Shown here: positions 29,527 to 44,279 of the stretch, piece after piece
Position numbering within the stretch: the stretch's first letter is position 1
Layout: each line of letters begins with the position of its first letter
NCBI GenBank assembly: GCA_951406725.2
Contig: OX597816.1
Coordinates: 140,182,001-140,246,000 of the forward strand
DNA length: 64,000 nt
Direction of reading: 5' to 3'
DNA from: Octopus vulgaris
Taxonomy: Eukaryota
Notes under the pieces: generated by a model
What the model saw: only the letters and a program-made list of their open reading frames with translations
Told to the model about the DNA's origin: nothing
Databases searched by the model: none
Program-made: the position numbers and the translations under genes

Positions 29527-32500
29527 GTCAGGTCACTTATGAGGCTCTCATAAGTGCTACTGGTAACATGGAATCCAGTACAACCTATTGCATGCAACTA
29601 AACTGGCACCTCCACCAGGCTATCCTTGTGAGTGGGGTTGCTAGAAATCCAGCAGGATTAAAAACAAGACCTCTTGAAAGGTCGGATGAACCTAGTGCAG
29701 GCTCAACGGCTATCTAACAATAGCACGGGTACGCAGAAATTCCGGGATGGTGGCCGGCGTGCTGAAAGACCACTGGGAGTGAGGCACCCCTCAGATTTTG
29801 TTAAAGCATGTCTCTCGGAGAAGGTCACTCTAATATAAAACCAGATATGCAAGGGATGACATTGAACATTTTGGGGATCTTTGGTTTGTGCTAGAGATCA
29901 TGGCGCTCCCACATCCCTGAGCCTGCAACTCATATTGGCACCAGGCATCTTGTTCCGGCTTGTCTCTGGAGAATGTCAATAAATTTGAGAGGGTATGTGA
30001 GGTGACGTGCAAGCCTTATTGCTCAATATGTGTCTTTCCCCCACCCTCTATATATTTATTTATGTGGCGATGGGAAGGTGGTGAAGCATGCAGACCTGAC
30101 GGGCTGGAAGCATGTAGTCAACGACCTGCACGTAGGCGGCCCATGCTAGATATAAAGTCGTCTCCTTGTAGCCCAAGACAGCGGTAGGATTCGGTTGCTG
30201 CATGGGTGTCTGAGCAGCTCCATTTGGAGAGGACACTGCTCACTCGAAGACCGGGGAGTTTCTTGAAAAGGTGAACCAAAAAATTGTCTGTCTTTCTATA
30301 TCTGGTCAGTTTAGCACAAATGATGGATGTCCACCCTGCGCTTGAGAAACAAAGAGACTTTTATTTACAAAATCTGGATGGAACTTGAACATTTCATGTT
30401 AGAATGTGCGCACTCTGTTGGATAACAAAAGTGATTGTAGGCATGAAAGACGCACTACACTTGCTTCTCGCGAGTTGAACTGTTATAACATTGATATAGC
30501 TGCACCTTCAGAGACTCGTATAGAATGTGATTGTCAGATTGAGGAAGTAGGAAGTGGATACACTTTTTTTTGAAGGGGAGGCAGAAGAGGGAGCAGAGAG
30601 AGGTTGGTGTTGGCTTTGCAGTTCGATCTGATACCCTTAAGAAGTTGGAGGAGCTTCCTGTTCCTATAAACGAACGTCTAATGACTCTAAGATTGCACCT
30701 GAAAGGTGAGCGGTTTCCTACTCTAATAAGTGCCTATGCACCCATTCTGACTAGCTGTGGTGAAGATAAAACTATATTTTATACCCAGCTGAGAGCCATA
30801 CTTAGGAAAATCCCAAATTCTGATAAAGTCATTCTAGTGGGGGATATCAATGCCAGGGTTAGAACAGACTGGCAAACATGGAACTCTCTAAGACGTTTTG
30901 GAGTAGGGAAAATGAATAGCAATGGTCTAATGCTGCTGGAGCTTTGCGATGAACATGGACTTTACATCGCAAGCACTCATTTTATGCACAAAGGTGACCA
31001 CACAACAACGTGGATGCATCCAAGGTCTAAAGTTTGGCACTTGCTGGATTATGTCATCATCTGCAAGCGTGACATCTATGACATTTGTAATGTCAAGTCC
31101 TTTCATGGATCAGAATGCTGGACAGATCACAGTCTGGTGCGAGCAAAGTTCCGGATGATGATTAAAGTGAAAGAGAGAAGATAGCCAGTCAGCACTCCTC
31201 GGTGTCTGAATATCTACAAGGTATATGAGGAAAGAGCTTCAGACTCGCTTGTCCAGCATTGAAAATACTGCAGCATGGGAAGATTTTTCGAGATCAGGTT
31301 CTTCAATGTGCTGCTGAAACACTGGCAAATGCTACTGCCAGACACAGAGACTGTTTTGAGGAAAATGATGCTGAAGTTCAGCGACTATTAGCTGTAAAGC
31401 GCCATGCCCATAATGTATTGCTACACAGAGGACTTTTTGCTGTGCAGCGAAATCTAGCACTTGCCCACTATAGCAGTGTAAAATCACTACCGCAGCGATC
31501 TCTCAGGAAGATGCAGAACACCTGATGGGAGGATCTTGCTCGTGATGTTCAGGCTGCTGCTGATGAAAATGACAGCAAGAAGCTTTACTATCTTATGAAG
31601 TAAGTTTATGGGCCTAAGAGCTCCACATCAGTTCCTTTGCTTTCCAAAGAGTCTTCCACTCTATTTACTAAATCAACAGAAATCACAGGTCGCTGGATAG
31701 AATTACTTCTTTGAAATCCCAAACCCCGAGCCAGTTGTGGATGAAACAGTGATTGATACTATGCAACAAAGACCTATCATTGGCTCCTTAAATTCGACGC
31801 CTTCAATAGATGAAGTAATGACATCAATAAGTAAATTGAATCTTGGTAGGGTTACCTGAAAGGATGGAATTTGTGCTGAGGTCTTACGATTTGGTGGTGA
31901 TTATAACATACAGTCCCTTCATGAACTTATTAGTGCAGTCTGGAGGGATGGTGCAATGCTTAAGGACTGGAAGGATGCAATTATTCTTCCTCTCTATAAA
32001 GGAAAAGGAGCCAGAACAATGTGTGGTAACTACAGAGGTATTGCTCTACTATCAGCTGCTGGCAAGGCTCGGGCAAATATTCTTCTTACCCGCCTAAATG
32101 GGTGTCTCGTAAATAACGTCCTATCTGAATCTCAATGTGGCTTCCGATCTGGCAGAGGGACAATGGATATGATTTTCACAGCAAGGCCGATGCAGGAGAA
32201 GTGCTATGAGCAGAATATGGATCTTGTGCAGGTATTCATTGATTTAATGAAGGCCTTTGATACTGTGAATAGGGCCTTGCTATGGAAAACACTTGGCAAA
32301 CTTAGATGTCCGGATCACTTTGTATCTATAATTAAATCATTTCATGATGTGATGGAGGCTTGGGTCAATGTTGGTGGTGGCATGGCGGGATCCATTCCTG
32401 TAGAGAATGGTATCAAGTAGAATGCCCCAACACTCTTTTCTTTGTACTTTTGCTGCTGCTTTTACTCATGCCTTTTCTAAGGTTAGCGCTCTGGGAACAT

Positions 32501-32628
32501 ATGTCAAATATCAACTTCTGGCCGCCTCTTTAATCTGCGCCGATTTGCTGCCAATTCAAAAGTTTTCCAGTCTCTTATTCGTGACGCCCTTTATGCAGAT
32601 GACTGTGACTTAGTCACTCATACAGGAA
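29527..32628 (+). mobile_element. Degenerate RTE-clade LINE (5' UTR + APE + RT, 3'-truncated) in tyrosinase intron
   Basis: SETR, GVGFAV, GDINARV, TWMHP, LDY, WTDH; NYRGIALLS, ESQCGFR, FIDLMKAFD, YADD (~32592). Stops and frameshifts; 5' boundary approximate. Confidence 0.88.
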
Positions 32629-33062
32629 AACACAGCTGTTGCAATAATAACACTGTACTTCCATGGGCCCACAGCTATGACATCAATATCAACATTAGCT
32701 TGTTAAAGGTCATCTATATTACGACATCTAATGATATTTAGTGCTAATCTCTGATTATTTTGTCGATATAATTTATCATCTCAAGTTAGAATATACAGAC
32801 ACTGCTCCTCAGACAGTTGTACTCTTTTAATTCTTTTTGAAGAGCATCTCTTCACCCTGAAGAAGGAGGCTTGATTTTTCCAGTGTTTGTTTTCTTCCAT
32901 TACTGGTTGCAGATGTTTGAGAAACTACATCTGCCAACATTATCAAGGAACTCCGAGCACCCAGAAACAGATGTTGGACTTGTAACATCATGCCTCCTCC
33001 CCTCAAATTCTCTGAGTCTATACTATCTAAATACGTTTGCTCTATTAGTATATAAATATATG

Positions 33063-33262
33063 AAGGCGGTGAGATGGCAGAACTGTTAGGACGCCGAGCA
33101 AAATGTATAGCATCATTTCGTCTGTCTATATGTTCTGAGTTCAAATTCCACTGAGGTCGACTTTGCCTTTCATCCTTTCGGGATCGATAAAATAAATACC
33201 AGCTGATGTAATCGACTATACCCCTCCGCCGAAATTGCTGGCTTTGTGCCAAAATTTGAAAC
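33063..33262 (+). mobile_element. tRNA-derived SINE
   Basis: aaggcggtgagatggcagaa..gagttcaaattcc..gaggtcgactttgcctttcatcc..tgtgccaaaatttgaa. Confidence 0.75.
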
Positions 33263-33502
33263 CCTTTCATAAATATACATATATTTATATTTGAATGTTA
33301 ATCATCTGAAAATTTTAATTCTTTGCCTTTTATTTATTTACATGTGTATATATTCAGTATATCAAACTCAAGGAGTTTTATGTGTTTGCATCATTGTCTA
33401 CATACACAGATATATCCATTCCTCCATCCATCCATCCATCCATCCATACATACATACATACATACATACATACATACATACATACATACATACATACATA
33501 CA

Positions 33503-33534
<32 letters not shown>

Positions 33535-33801
33535 CGCATGCATAAATACATATATACTAAGAAGGAGAGTAAAAATGTAAGACTGACATATAAAATGGAA
33601 ATTAATATTTTAAAAGACAACTTTCACAGAAGAAGGAAAAAAATATATTTGATATGAAAACAAATCTCCTGTTCTTTCCAGAATAATAGAAATCTTTCAT
33701 CGAAAACAGAAATCAAAATTAAAAGGCATAACTTCAGATAAAACTTATAAACGTTTGCTGTGTCCTAATCATTATGATTTTTAAAATTATTTCTTTTACA
33801 G

Positions 33802-33914
33802 AGACTCTCACCAAATGTATTCGATTCTATCGCCTTCCTGCACACTGGTGATACTGCAAGAAACGCCCATGCTGGTCCTACATTTCTTCTCTGGCACAGA
33901 ATCTATTTGAGAAT
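33802..33914 (+). CDS. Tyrosinase-like gene copy 1, coding exon 2 (CuA site); absent from the ORF track
   Basis: ttcttttacag|AGA..AGA AT|gtaagt encodes RLSPNVFDSIAFLHTGDTARNAHAGPTFLLWHRIYLR with three CuA His. Spliced to the next exon it completes H-x4-F-L-x-W-H-R-x2-L-x3-E. Confidence 0.93.
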
Positions 33915-34134
33915 GTAAGTCATGCAATCAAGTATTATTCTTCCAGGTTCCTTCTGCTCTTTTCCTGTTTCTTTATCTCTTTCTTTATTGATTTTTTTAA
34001 CTTTTGCCTCTTTCCCTTCCCATATTTCCGTTATCTTTTTGTGTTCTTATGTTCCTCCTCCCCTCTCCTCCTCCTCCTCCTCATCATCATCATCATATTA
34101 TTATTATTATTATTATGATTATTATTATTATTAT

Positions 34135-35065
34135 CTTTCGATTCTATTTACATTTCTTGCCGAGTGTCTTTCTGACATCTAGGGCAGGGAAACGTACTGT
34201 ATACATTGGTAGGCCATTAAAACAAACACATCAGACTGTTCATTTACAGAATCATGTGTTAGAGGAAAAGGAAAAAATAAAAAATAGAAAAGTAAACAAA
34301 TAAAATAAAGGTGTGGTGGGGGAGAAAATTCAAGCGACAATGCTCTTCTCAATACGTGTGACGTACCGGTTAAGACAATCTTTTGCACTTCCTGCATGTA
34401 TGGTAAGCCAGGGATCGTTCTTTAAAAAATTTCAGTTTCGTTTTTTTTATCATTTCAGGATGGTGCTTGTACCATTTGTCAGCAGTTTTGATTTTATAAT
34501 GCCCACACATTATCCATTGTAGATATTGGCCAACTCTGTCATGTCTTGATTTGTACTCTACAGGTGCTAAAACCTTACACCCAGAGATTAGATGGTCAAC
34601 TGTTTCTATCCCATCGTTGCAGTATCGGCACTTTGGGTCTACACCATTTTTCATCACATTGGCTTGATAGTACCAGGTCAATAAGCTCTGATCTTGGGCA
34701 ACCAAAATAAATCCTGTACTCTCTGACTTTAGCCCTGAGCTCCGTAGCCACTAAATGGGTATGCTTCTGATCTACATCAGCTTGTTTGCTACGGGCCATA
34801 TATTTGCCATGCTGAGGTTTTTGTTCCCACCTATCAGCCAATTGTTCAAGCGCAATTTGCTTTGCTATTGAGTTCAACTTCTTTGCAACTACAGCTGCTA
34901 CACTTTCCTCATGCTGTTCAACCTGGATATTATGTATAAACTCACTTGAAAATTTTTTGCTCTCCTTCATAACAGACTGAATCTTCTTACGTCTTTCATG
35001 GTTTTTAATTAGCTTTAGCATCCAGTTGTTAGATGTTTCAAGATATTTTTCCAGTTCAGTTGTGG
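34135..35065 (-). mobile_element. R4/Dong-like retrotransposon 3' fragment in tyrosinase intron
   Basis: AQDQSL, CRYC..ETVDHLISGC, RHD, VQKIVLTGTSHVLRRALS. The 3' UTR matches 41050-41115; flanked by TTA/TCA tracts. Confidence 0.85.
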
Positions 35066-35070
35066 TGGTT

Positions 35071-35141
<71 letters not shown>

Positions 35142-35713
35142 TATCGTCGTCGTCGTTATTATTATTATTATTATTATTATTATCAACTATGATATTGAAT
35201 AAACACCTATGCTTTAAATATATTAGTATATATAATATGAAGTAAACTACAAGATATTTATAAATTTCCATTTCAGATGCAATTTTTTACATTAATGAAT
35301 AGCGTGAAACCCATTTAGACTTCTTAATTTGTTAACATAAATCGAACGCAATAATAGACACCCCATATATCTCATTATTTATAGGAACTGTGAGTCATGT
35401 TGCTCCATCAATTTGTTTTTCAAAGTAAATGATATCTACAGTCGCTGTGCACACACATATTCTGCGATCACTGGGGCGTACACTCCCATCCGATCTTAAA
35501 AGTCTAAGATAAGTTTATAAATATACACTAACCTTTGCTGGCGAATTCTTGAGATATGCCAGTATACAAAAGATTAAAGCGTCTCTTGTACTAGAACAAT
35601 TTGTGCATAATATAATTTTCCCTTGATAAATGAAATTAGTTAATCGATAAAAAATATGTAAATATGTTTTCTACGTATTAAATAGGGTTTACATTTTTTT
35701 TTTTTCATTTTAG

Positions 35714-37317
35714 CTTGGAAGATGCTCTTCGTGAAAAAGTACCTGGTGTAACAATTCCATTTTGGGATCCAACTCTTGACAGTCATCTTCCTAATCCTCG
35801 AGATTCCATTATGTGGTCAGATGAGTTAATGGGAACTATCAATGGTTTCGTCACTAAAGGGCCGTTTGCTAACTGGAAAACACCAATTGGTTATCTAGTA
35901 AGGAACGGGGGTTTCAGTACAAGGTTACCGACAAGTAGTAACATCGAAGATGTTCTCACTCGAACGAAACTCGAAGAGATCTCTGAACCAAATGCAGAAG
36001 ATCGATATAACCTTGAATCCATGCATAATTCTATGCATGTTGCTATTGGAGGTCACATGGCTCGGGTACCATCATCGCCCATGGACCCAGTTTTCTGGCT
36101 ACTCCACAGTTACGTAGAACTTGTCCACACGCGTTTCACTGAAAACCAAAGGCGACACAACGTTAATCCCGCAACAGATTATCCTTCGAATTATGGTTTA
36201 AATGTTTACGCTCCCAATCAAAGTATTGGTCTTATGAATTTAACCGTTGCAGAAGCATTAAAAAATACTAGTTCTTACACTCATTTCTACAAATATGACT
36301 ATAGTTACTTGAAAAACTGTACTCTCGATCCAAAGGTATGTAATTCTCCATACCTAACCTGCAATAATGGTAGATGCGAGTCGAAATCTAGAAACTCAAC
36401 TCGTTGCAGTACTTTAATTCCCTATCAGAATATGTTTTGTATCAACCGTAGATGCGATGTAGATGAATGGGCATTTATTCCGGTTGAAGTTATTTACGAA
36501 CGACCTTTCGACACGATGAAATTTGGAAATTTTCCTATCAAAAACGGCGTGCCGAATTTGCTGAATGATCTGTATGATGATAATCGACTTCAAAATTCCT
36601 CCGGTAATTCTAACAGAAATAATTGTCAAATAAACAAGTGTTGTGGTCCTGCAGGAAGACTCAATGTTCGAGCTATTGGTTTAAATTATTTTGGAACCTA
36701 TGAAGAGATGGCGGTGATAGATCGCAGATTAGCTGTATCATCGGATATATCTTACTTGGGAATCAGAGACCCGCAGAAAAATAACAGTGTAGTATTTTTG
36801 TCAGCGTCAGAACAATGTGGAAGAATATGTCGTCCTTCTTGTTTAGTGCCGGGTTCAAATCCGCCGAGATACATACAATGTATAGGATTGTTGAACATAA
36901 CACGTTACAACGCTACTTTGTACGGTAAAACACTCGCAGACGCTTACATGAACGTGTGGGATTATGGAAACCAGATACGACCGAAACTGAGACATGAAAA
37001 TATTCCAATAGTGTTCCATTGTGATGACAGCCAGTGGCCATTTAACAACAACAATACATCTACAACAACGACGACGACGACGACAACAACAACAACCACC
37101 ACAACACTGCCGACAACAACAACACCACTACCAACAACAACTACAACATCAACGACGACAACAACAACACCAACTCCAACGACGACAACAACAACACCAA
37201 TTCCAACGACGACAACCACAACACCACTACCAACAACAACAACCACAACACCAACTCCAACGACGACAACAACAACACCAACTCCAACGACTACAACAGC
37301 GACAACTACATATCGAA
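35714..37317 (+). CDS. Tyrosinase-like gene copy 1, coding exon 3 (CuB site, Cys-rich domain, Thr/Pro stalk)
   Basis: Acceptor ttttcattttag|c (phase 2); LEDALR..IPFWDPTLD, GPFANW, LESMHNSMHVAIGGHM..SPMDPVFWLLH (CuB); donor cgaa|gtaagt at 37317/37318 (phase 1). Confidence 0.93.
37043..37310 (+). repeat. Coding Thr/Pro-rich (mucin-like) repeat
   Basis: ACA/ACG runs with recurring ccaactccaacgacgac / ccactaccaacaac units giving TTTTTPTP / TTTTPLP. Confidence 0.85.
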
Positions 37318-37433
37318 GTAAGTGGCCTTTTTTTATCATATCATATGTTCATATTACATCGTGTTTGTGTAAGAGAAGGCCTAGTAGTCTGGTGATCGTA
37401 GTAGTTTAATGTAGGTGGTGGTAGTCCCAGCTG

Positions 37434-37815
37434 GTGGAGGCGCAATGGCCCAGTGGTTAGGGCAGCGGACTCGCGGTCATAGGATCGCGGTTTCGATTCC
37501 CAGACCGGGCGTTGTGAGTGTTTATTGAGCGAAAACACCTAAAAGCTCCACGAGGCTCCGGCAGGGGATGGTGGTGATCCCTGTACTCTTTCACTATAAC
37601 TTTCTCTCACTCTTACTTCCTGTTTCTGTTGTACCTGTATTTCAAGGGGCCGGCCTTGTCACTCTCTGTGTCACGCTGAATATCCCCGAGAACTACGTTA
37701 TGGGTGCACGTGTCTGTGGAGTGCTCAGCCACTTACACGTTAATTTCACGAGCAGGCTGTTACGTTGATTCGGATCAACCGGAACCCTCATCGTCGTAAC
37801 CGACGGAGTGCTTCC
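37434..37815 (+). mobile_element. Young tRNA-derived SINE with 11-bp TSD in the last tyrosinase intron
   Basis: Head ggaggcgcaatggcccagtggttagggcagcggactcgcgg..ggtttcgattccc (A and B boxes); TSD agtcccagctg at 37423-37433 and 37816-37826. Confidence 0.88.
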
Positions 37816-38303
37816 AGTCCCAGCTGATTTAACTAACTGGAGTGAGGATGGGGATAGCTTTATTAGGATTAAAGTAATCAAAATGTGAGACAGTGCAGGG
37901 CAACGTAATCTAGGGTAGTAAAGAGTTTTACTGCAGGTAATGTTGAATCTTCTATGCAATGGATTGTCTAAATGGATAGACTTTGATTGTATGGATTCTG
38001 ACTTCATGTTTCGTCACGATTTGCAATACGTCCTTATACGAGGCAAAAAACAATTATATCCATCATAGTTACATAGGAACCAAATGTTATTGTTCAGTAC
38101 TAATTTCTAAGTTTTGTTGTGTTAAGCTGATTAAAATATATCAATAAAGGTATTTTTTAATTAACGGTGATTTGAATTCAGTTAGGCATGTCATTAACAT
38201 ATCGGACAATTCTACATTGCCGCCGCGTAGCAATAGGTTAACTTTATTATATGCACTACCTACTCATCTATATATATATGGTGTGTGTGTGTGTGTGTGC
38301 ATG

Positions 38304-38367
<64 letters not shown>

Positions 38368-38910
38368 TATGTGTGTGTGTGTGTATAGATGAAGTGTCTT
38401 GTCTACATATTAATTATTGAGAGTGACAATGGACACAAAGCCTCCCTTAATATTATTCAAACTGAAAGCGGCGAGCAAGCAGAACCGTTACCGCGCCGGG
38501 CGAAAGGTTTAGTGGCATTTCGTCTGTCTTTACGTTTTGAGGTTGTCTTTATCTTTCATCGATAAAATAAGTACCAGAAATAAGTACCAGAAATTTCTGA
38601 CTTTGTGCCAAAATGTGAAACCGGTATTACTCAAACTGCCAAATTCCATACTGGTTTTCTGGCATATACATTTATCAAAAAGAGAAAAATGCTAAGAGAC
38701 AATCAGAACCTTTTAAATTACTTGGTGAACCTGACAACCAATGCAAGTGCCATTTCTTTGTTGTTACATATTAAGGGTAAGCTCAGCCACATCAAGCTTG
38801 CAACTCTCAACTTTACAAACGCCAGGACAATTAGTCTGTAAAGAATTGCAAATACTAGGCATATTACTGAAATTGTATTCTTTCTAATGTTTCTCGTTTC
38901 TCTTTTGCAG

Positions 38911-39098
38911 ACTGCTACAATCCCAGGAGCTGTACCTCTAAGAAACGATGTCGATGTAAAGATGGAGATAAACAATCTTGCCGAAAAAGTTGTTCCCATT
39001 ATGCTATTTGTTACTTTGGTCGTTACTATAAGAGGTCTTGTGGCTACGGTCGAAGGTTTGAAAAGTCCATTGGAAAGTGTGTTTATGGATACTGCTAA
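38911..39098 (+). CDS. Tyrosinase-like gene copy 1, last coding exon (basic Cys-rich, CBM14/chitin-binding-like); absent from the ORF track in this frame
   Basis: Acceptor tctcttttgcag|ac, phase 1 matching the upstream donor. Encodes NCYNPRSCTSKKRCRCKDGDKQSCRKSCSHYAICYFGRYYKRSCGYGRRFEKSIGKCVYGYC*. Total CDS is 2229 nt (743 codons). Confidence 0.82.
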
Positions 39099-39237
39099 TA
39101 CTAAGCAATATTCCCATTGATGTTACAATTGAAATGTTTCTCAACTACAGACCTTTGCATAGTAATTTGAAGAGGACATAACCATCTAACACCCACCGCT
39201 GGATTGATTGACTGATGAATGGATGGATGATGAGTAG

Positions 39238-39243
39238 AATAAA
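39238..39243 (+). terminator. Candidate polyadenylation signal AATAAA
   Basis: First AATAAA about 140 nt after the stop; alternatives at ~39253 and ~39430. Confidence 0.35.
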
Positions 39244-40044
39244 TGAATGAATGAATAAATGAATGAATGAAGGAAGGAATGTATGAAATGAGAAAATGAA
39301 TTGTGATATGAAAATCTATATAGAATCCGGTACTAACTTTCAACCAAAAGGTGGATATTTGATTTGGTTAATATTTTTCAGTTAATTATTTATTCGTCGA
39401 AATTCTTATCTAATCTTACTATAAAGCTCAATAAATATATAATTAATTTAGATGTTCTGATGGTTTTTATTTTTTTACTCGGAAGTCCCTTGCGAAAATG
39501 GTAAACTATTTGGAATTAAATGAAGGGAGGAATGATTTTACCGAATTTGACGTCTAATTTCCTTATAGTGCACACCACTCGTTTCGGAAATGATGGAAAC
39601 AAGTTGATCAGAATCAAAGAGACAACATATTTACTTGTTATAAACATTTGATCGACGTATTGGGTTCTTTCCATCTCGTTCATACAGATCAATATTTGTA
39701 TGGTATGATGGCGATGACCTAAGAAAATTGCATAACATCGCATTTAATGCATTGAAGTATTTACTTATGTCCCTCAATTATCAAAGTCCCAAACCTGCCA
39801 AAATCGATTTTTTTTGTCTTCTTTCCTATTTTTGTTTTTAATAAAATATGAATCAATATTATTTGAGGATCGACAATATAACCTGCCTTATGCATAGCGA
39901 GAACGTTTCGACATCGTAAAGCAGTACCAATAAGAAGAGGAGGAGTGGAATGGAGGAAGATGAAGGAAAGGAAGGGAAGGAGGAAGTGGTGGAGGAAAAG
40001 AAAAACGGAGGAGGAGGAGATGCTCAAGAGGAGGAAGAGGAAGA

Positions 40045-40175
40045 GAAGAAGAAGAAGAAGAAGAAGAAGAAGAAGAAGAAGAAGAAGAAGAAGAAGAAGA
40101 AGAAGAAGAAGAAGAAGAAGAAGAAGAAGAAGAAGAAGAAGACAGATAGACAGATAGACAGACAGACAGACAGAC
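40045..40175. repeat. (GAA)n followed by (GACA)n
   Basis: Direct tracts. Confidence 0.95.
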
Positions 40176-40493
40176 ACGAATGTAGAGGGAAATTTTTTGT
40201 TTCATTGGGAAAAGGCCACAAATTTTGGAGAAAGTCTATTAAGCCACCGCCAACTTTCCACAGGTACAGTCTATCTGACTCGATCCAGTCAAGATTTGAA
40301 CTTAAGGCACAAAAGACCATAATTTATGATAAAAGACAATTTACTGCAGTTTTCTGCCATTCTTTTTCTTTCAGGCCTGAGCTTAAATTCGCCCAAGCCA
40401 GTATAGAAGGTACTTGCGCTAGACTATGCCCCTTTAAAACACTGTATATCAATGTTGACGATTTCAACATCTAGGACTACAGCTCGGTCAAAT

Positions 40494-41145
<652 letters not shown>

Positions 41146-41149
41146 AAAA

Positions 41150-41210
<61 letters not shown>

Positions 41211-41223
41211 TATTAATAATAAC

Positions 41224-41304
<81 letters not shown>

Positions 41305-41305
<1 letters not shown>

Positions 41306-41701
41306 TCAGAGATCATGAAGAAAAAAAATGCTTTCTAATTGATGTATCAATACCGGCTGATGACAACGTGTCTCTAAAAGAAATGGAGAAACTCTCAAAA
41401 TACAAAGACCTGGAAATAGAGGTAACTAGAATGTGGAATCTGAAAACAGAAACAATTCCTATCATAGTAGGTGCATTAGGCATGATAAAAAAATATTCAG
41501 ACAAATACATAACAAAAACACCAGGACTTACAAACACATATAACATACAGAAAATTGCACTACTAGGTACTGCACACATCCTACGCAGAACACTTTCCAT
41601 ACAATAACCATCAGAGCATCACAACAAATCACAGCACATACCCAAGGCACACAGAGCTGTGCTCGGTAGTGAAGTGAAAGCAAGCTATAAAAATAAAACT
41701 A

Positions 41702-41704
<3 letters not shown>
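41305..41704 (+). mobile_element. R4/Dong-like 3' fragment, near-identical to the 3' end of 5225-7938
   Basis: ORF 41368-41607 has the same translation as 5322-5561; ends aaaactactg then (AAT)n. Confidence 0.9.
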
Positions 41705-41764
<60 letters not shown>

Positions 41765-41768
41765 TGTA

Positions 41769-42895
<1,127 letters not shown>

Positions 42896-42896
42896 G

Positions 42897-43009
<113 letters not shown>

Positions 43010-43013
43010 AATG

Positions 43014-43099
<86 letters not shown>

Positions 43100-43103
43100 A
43101 ATG

Positions 43104-43195
<92 letters not shown>

Positions 43196-43229
43196 AAGAA
43201 GAAGAAGAAGAAGAAGAAGAAGAAGAAGA

Positions 43230-43911
43230 ATAGACAACACATCAGGAAGTGATAAGTGCAGAATTTCTGGACAAAATGGTGAAACCGTATGGCATATCAC
43301 CCTATTACCTGTCAATGTACGCCACTAGCTCAGAAGGAATATAAAAGACATCAGGACAATATAGCAACGCTTGTCCACTGGAGACTTAGCAATAAGTATG
43401 AACTTGACAGCAAAAATTTGGTACGACCGTAAAACCGAAGGCATCATCGGAAATGATAATGCAAAATTCCTGTGGGATTTTATGATTCAGTGCGACCCTG
43501 AGATAGAGAATATGAAACCGGACATAGTCTTAATTGAGAAAGAAAGCAAACTATGCTGGATCATACATATAGCATACCCAGCTGACAACAAGGTATGCGA
43601 TAAGGAAGAAAGAAAAGTCAATAGATATGACAGGTTAGTTTGGAAGGTTAAGAAGTTGTAGTCGATGAAAAAGGTGGTAGTAGGACCAATAATTGTCGGA
43701 GCCCTGGTAACAGTGACTAAAAATCTTCAGAAGTACATGGAACAAATAGGGACTGCAATAAGGGTGGAGCACTTGCAGAAAACAGCACTGCTTGGAACCG
43801 CACGAATACTCCGGAAGGTGCTCGAAAAATAAGGGGTGTTACCTTAGTTCACTGGTAGTGAACAGCTGACACCGTAGTACATCTTCAGCGTTAGAAGCTG
43901 TGCAAAGGCAA
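43230..43911 (+). mobile_element. R4/Dong-like 3' fragment
   Basis: FLWDFMIQCD..KPDIVLIEK..IIVGAL..LQKTALLGTARILRKVLEK; 3' UTR matches the reverse complement of 650-730. Confidence 0.82.
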
Positions 43912-44050
43912 TAATAATAACAGCAACAACAACAACAACAACAAAAACAACAACAGCAACAACAATAATAACAACAACAACAACTACTACAACAACAACA
44001 ACAACAGCAACAACAACAACAACAACAACAGCAACAACAACAACAACAAC

Positions 44051-44088
<38 letters not shown>

Positions 44089-44092
44089 TAAT

Positions 44093-44125
<33 letters not shown>

Positions 44126-44279
44126 AATAATAATAATAATAATAATAATGATAATAATAATAATAATAATAAATGCCCTGATGCAGTACCAGGCAGTGGC
44201 TCTCGTGACTCAGCAGATAGCTGGATCTGACCCACATGCGTCTGTAGATGTTTAACATAAACCCACATTGCTACGGTGA

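Larger units (their letters stand above)
19521..30688 (+). repeat. Segmental tandem duplication, copy 1 (portion whose partner lies in the window)
   Basis: Near-identical to 52283-64000; offset 32762 at the start, about 33300-33390 later. Identical ORFs recur (20406/53168, 27976/61364, 29830/63142). Confidence 0.95.

Noticed and set aside
35714-36130. Hemocyanin functional unit
   Set aside because: Only one copper domain with its own signal peptide, no Cys-x-His thioether motif at CuA, and a mucin/Cys-rich tail; this fits a tyrosinase-like protein.
37318-37409. C-terminal tail of ORF 35715-37409 (SKWPFFII..)
   Set aside because: Follows a perfect gtaagt donor; best read as intron read-through, since a phase-matched Cys-rich exon lies at 38911.
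37434-37515. tRNA-like sequence with A and B boxes
   Set aside because: It continues into a ~300-bp body and is flanked by an 11-bp TSD, so it is a SINE head rather than a tRNA gene.
38887-39120. 77-aa ORF in the track
   Set aside because: Wrong frame relative to the splice phase; the overlapping phase-1 frame gives the Cys-patterned domain.
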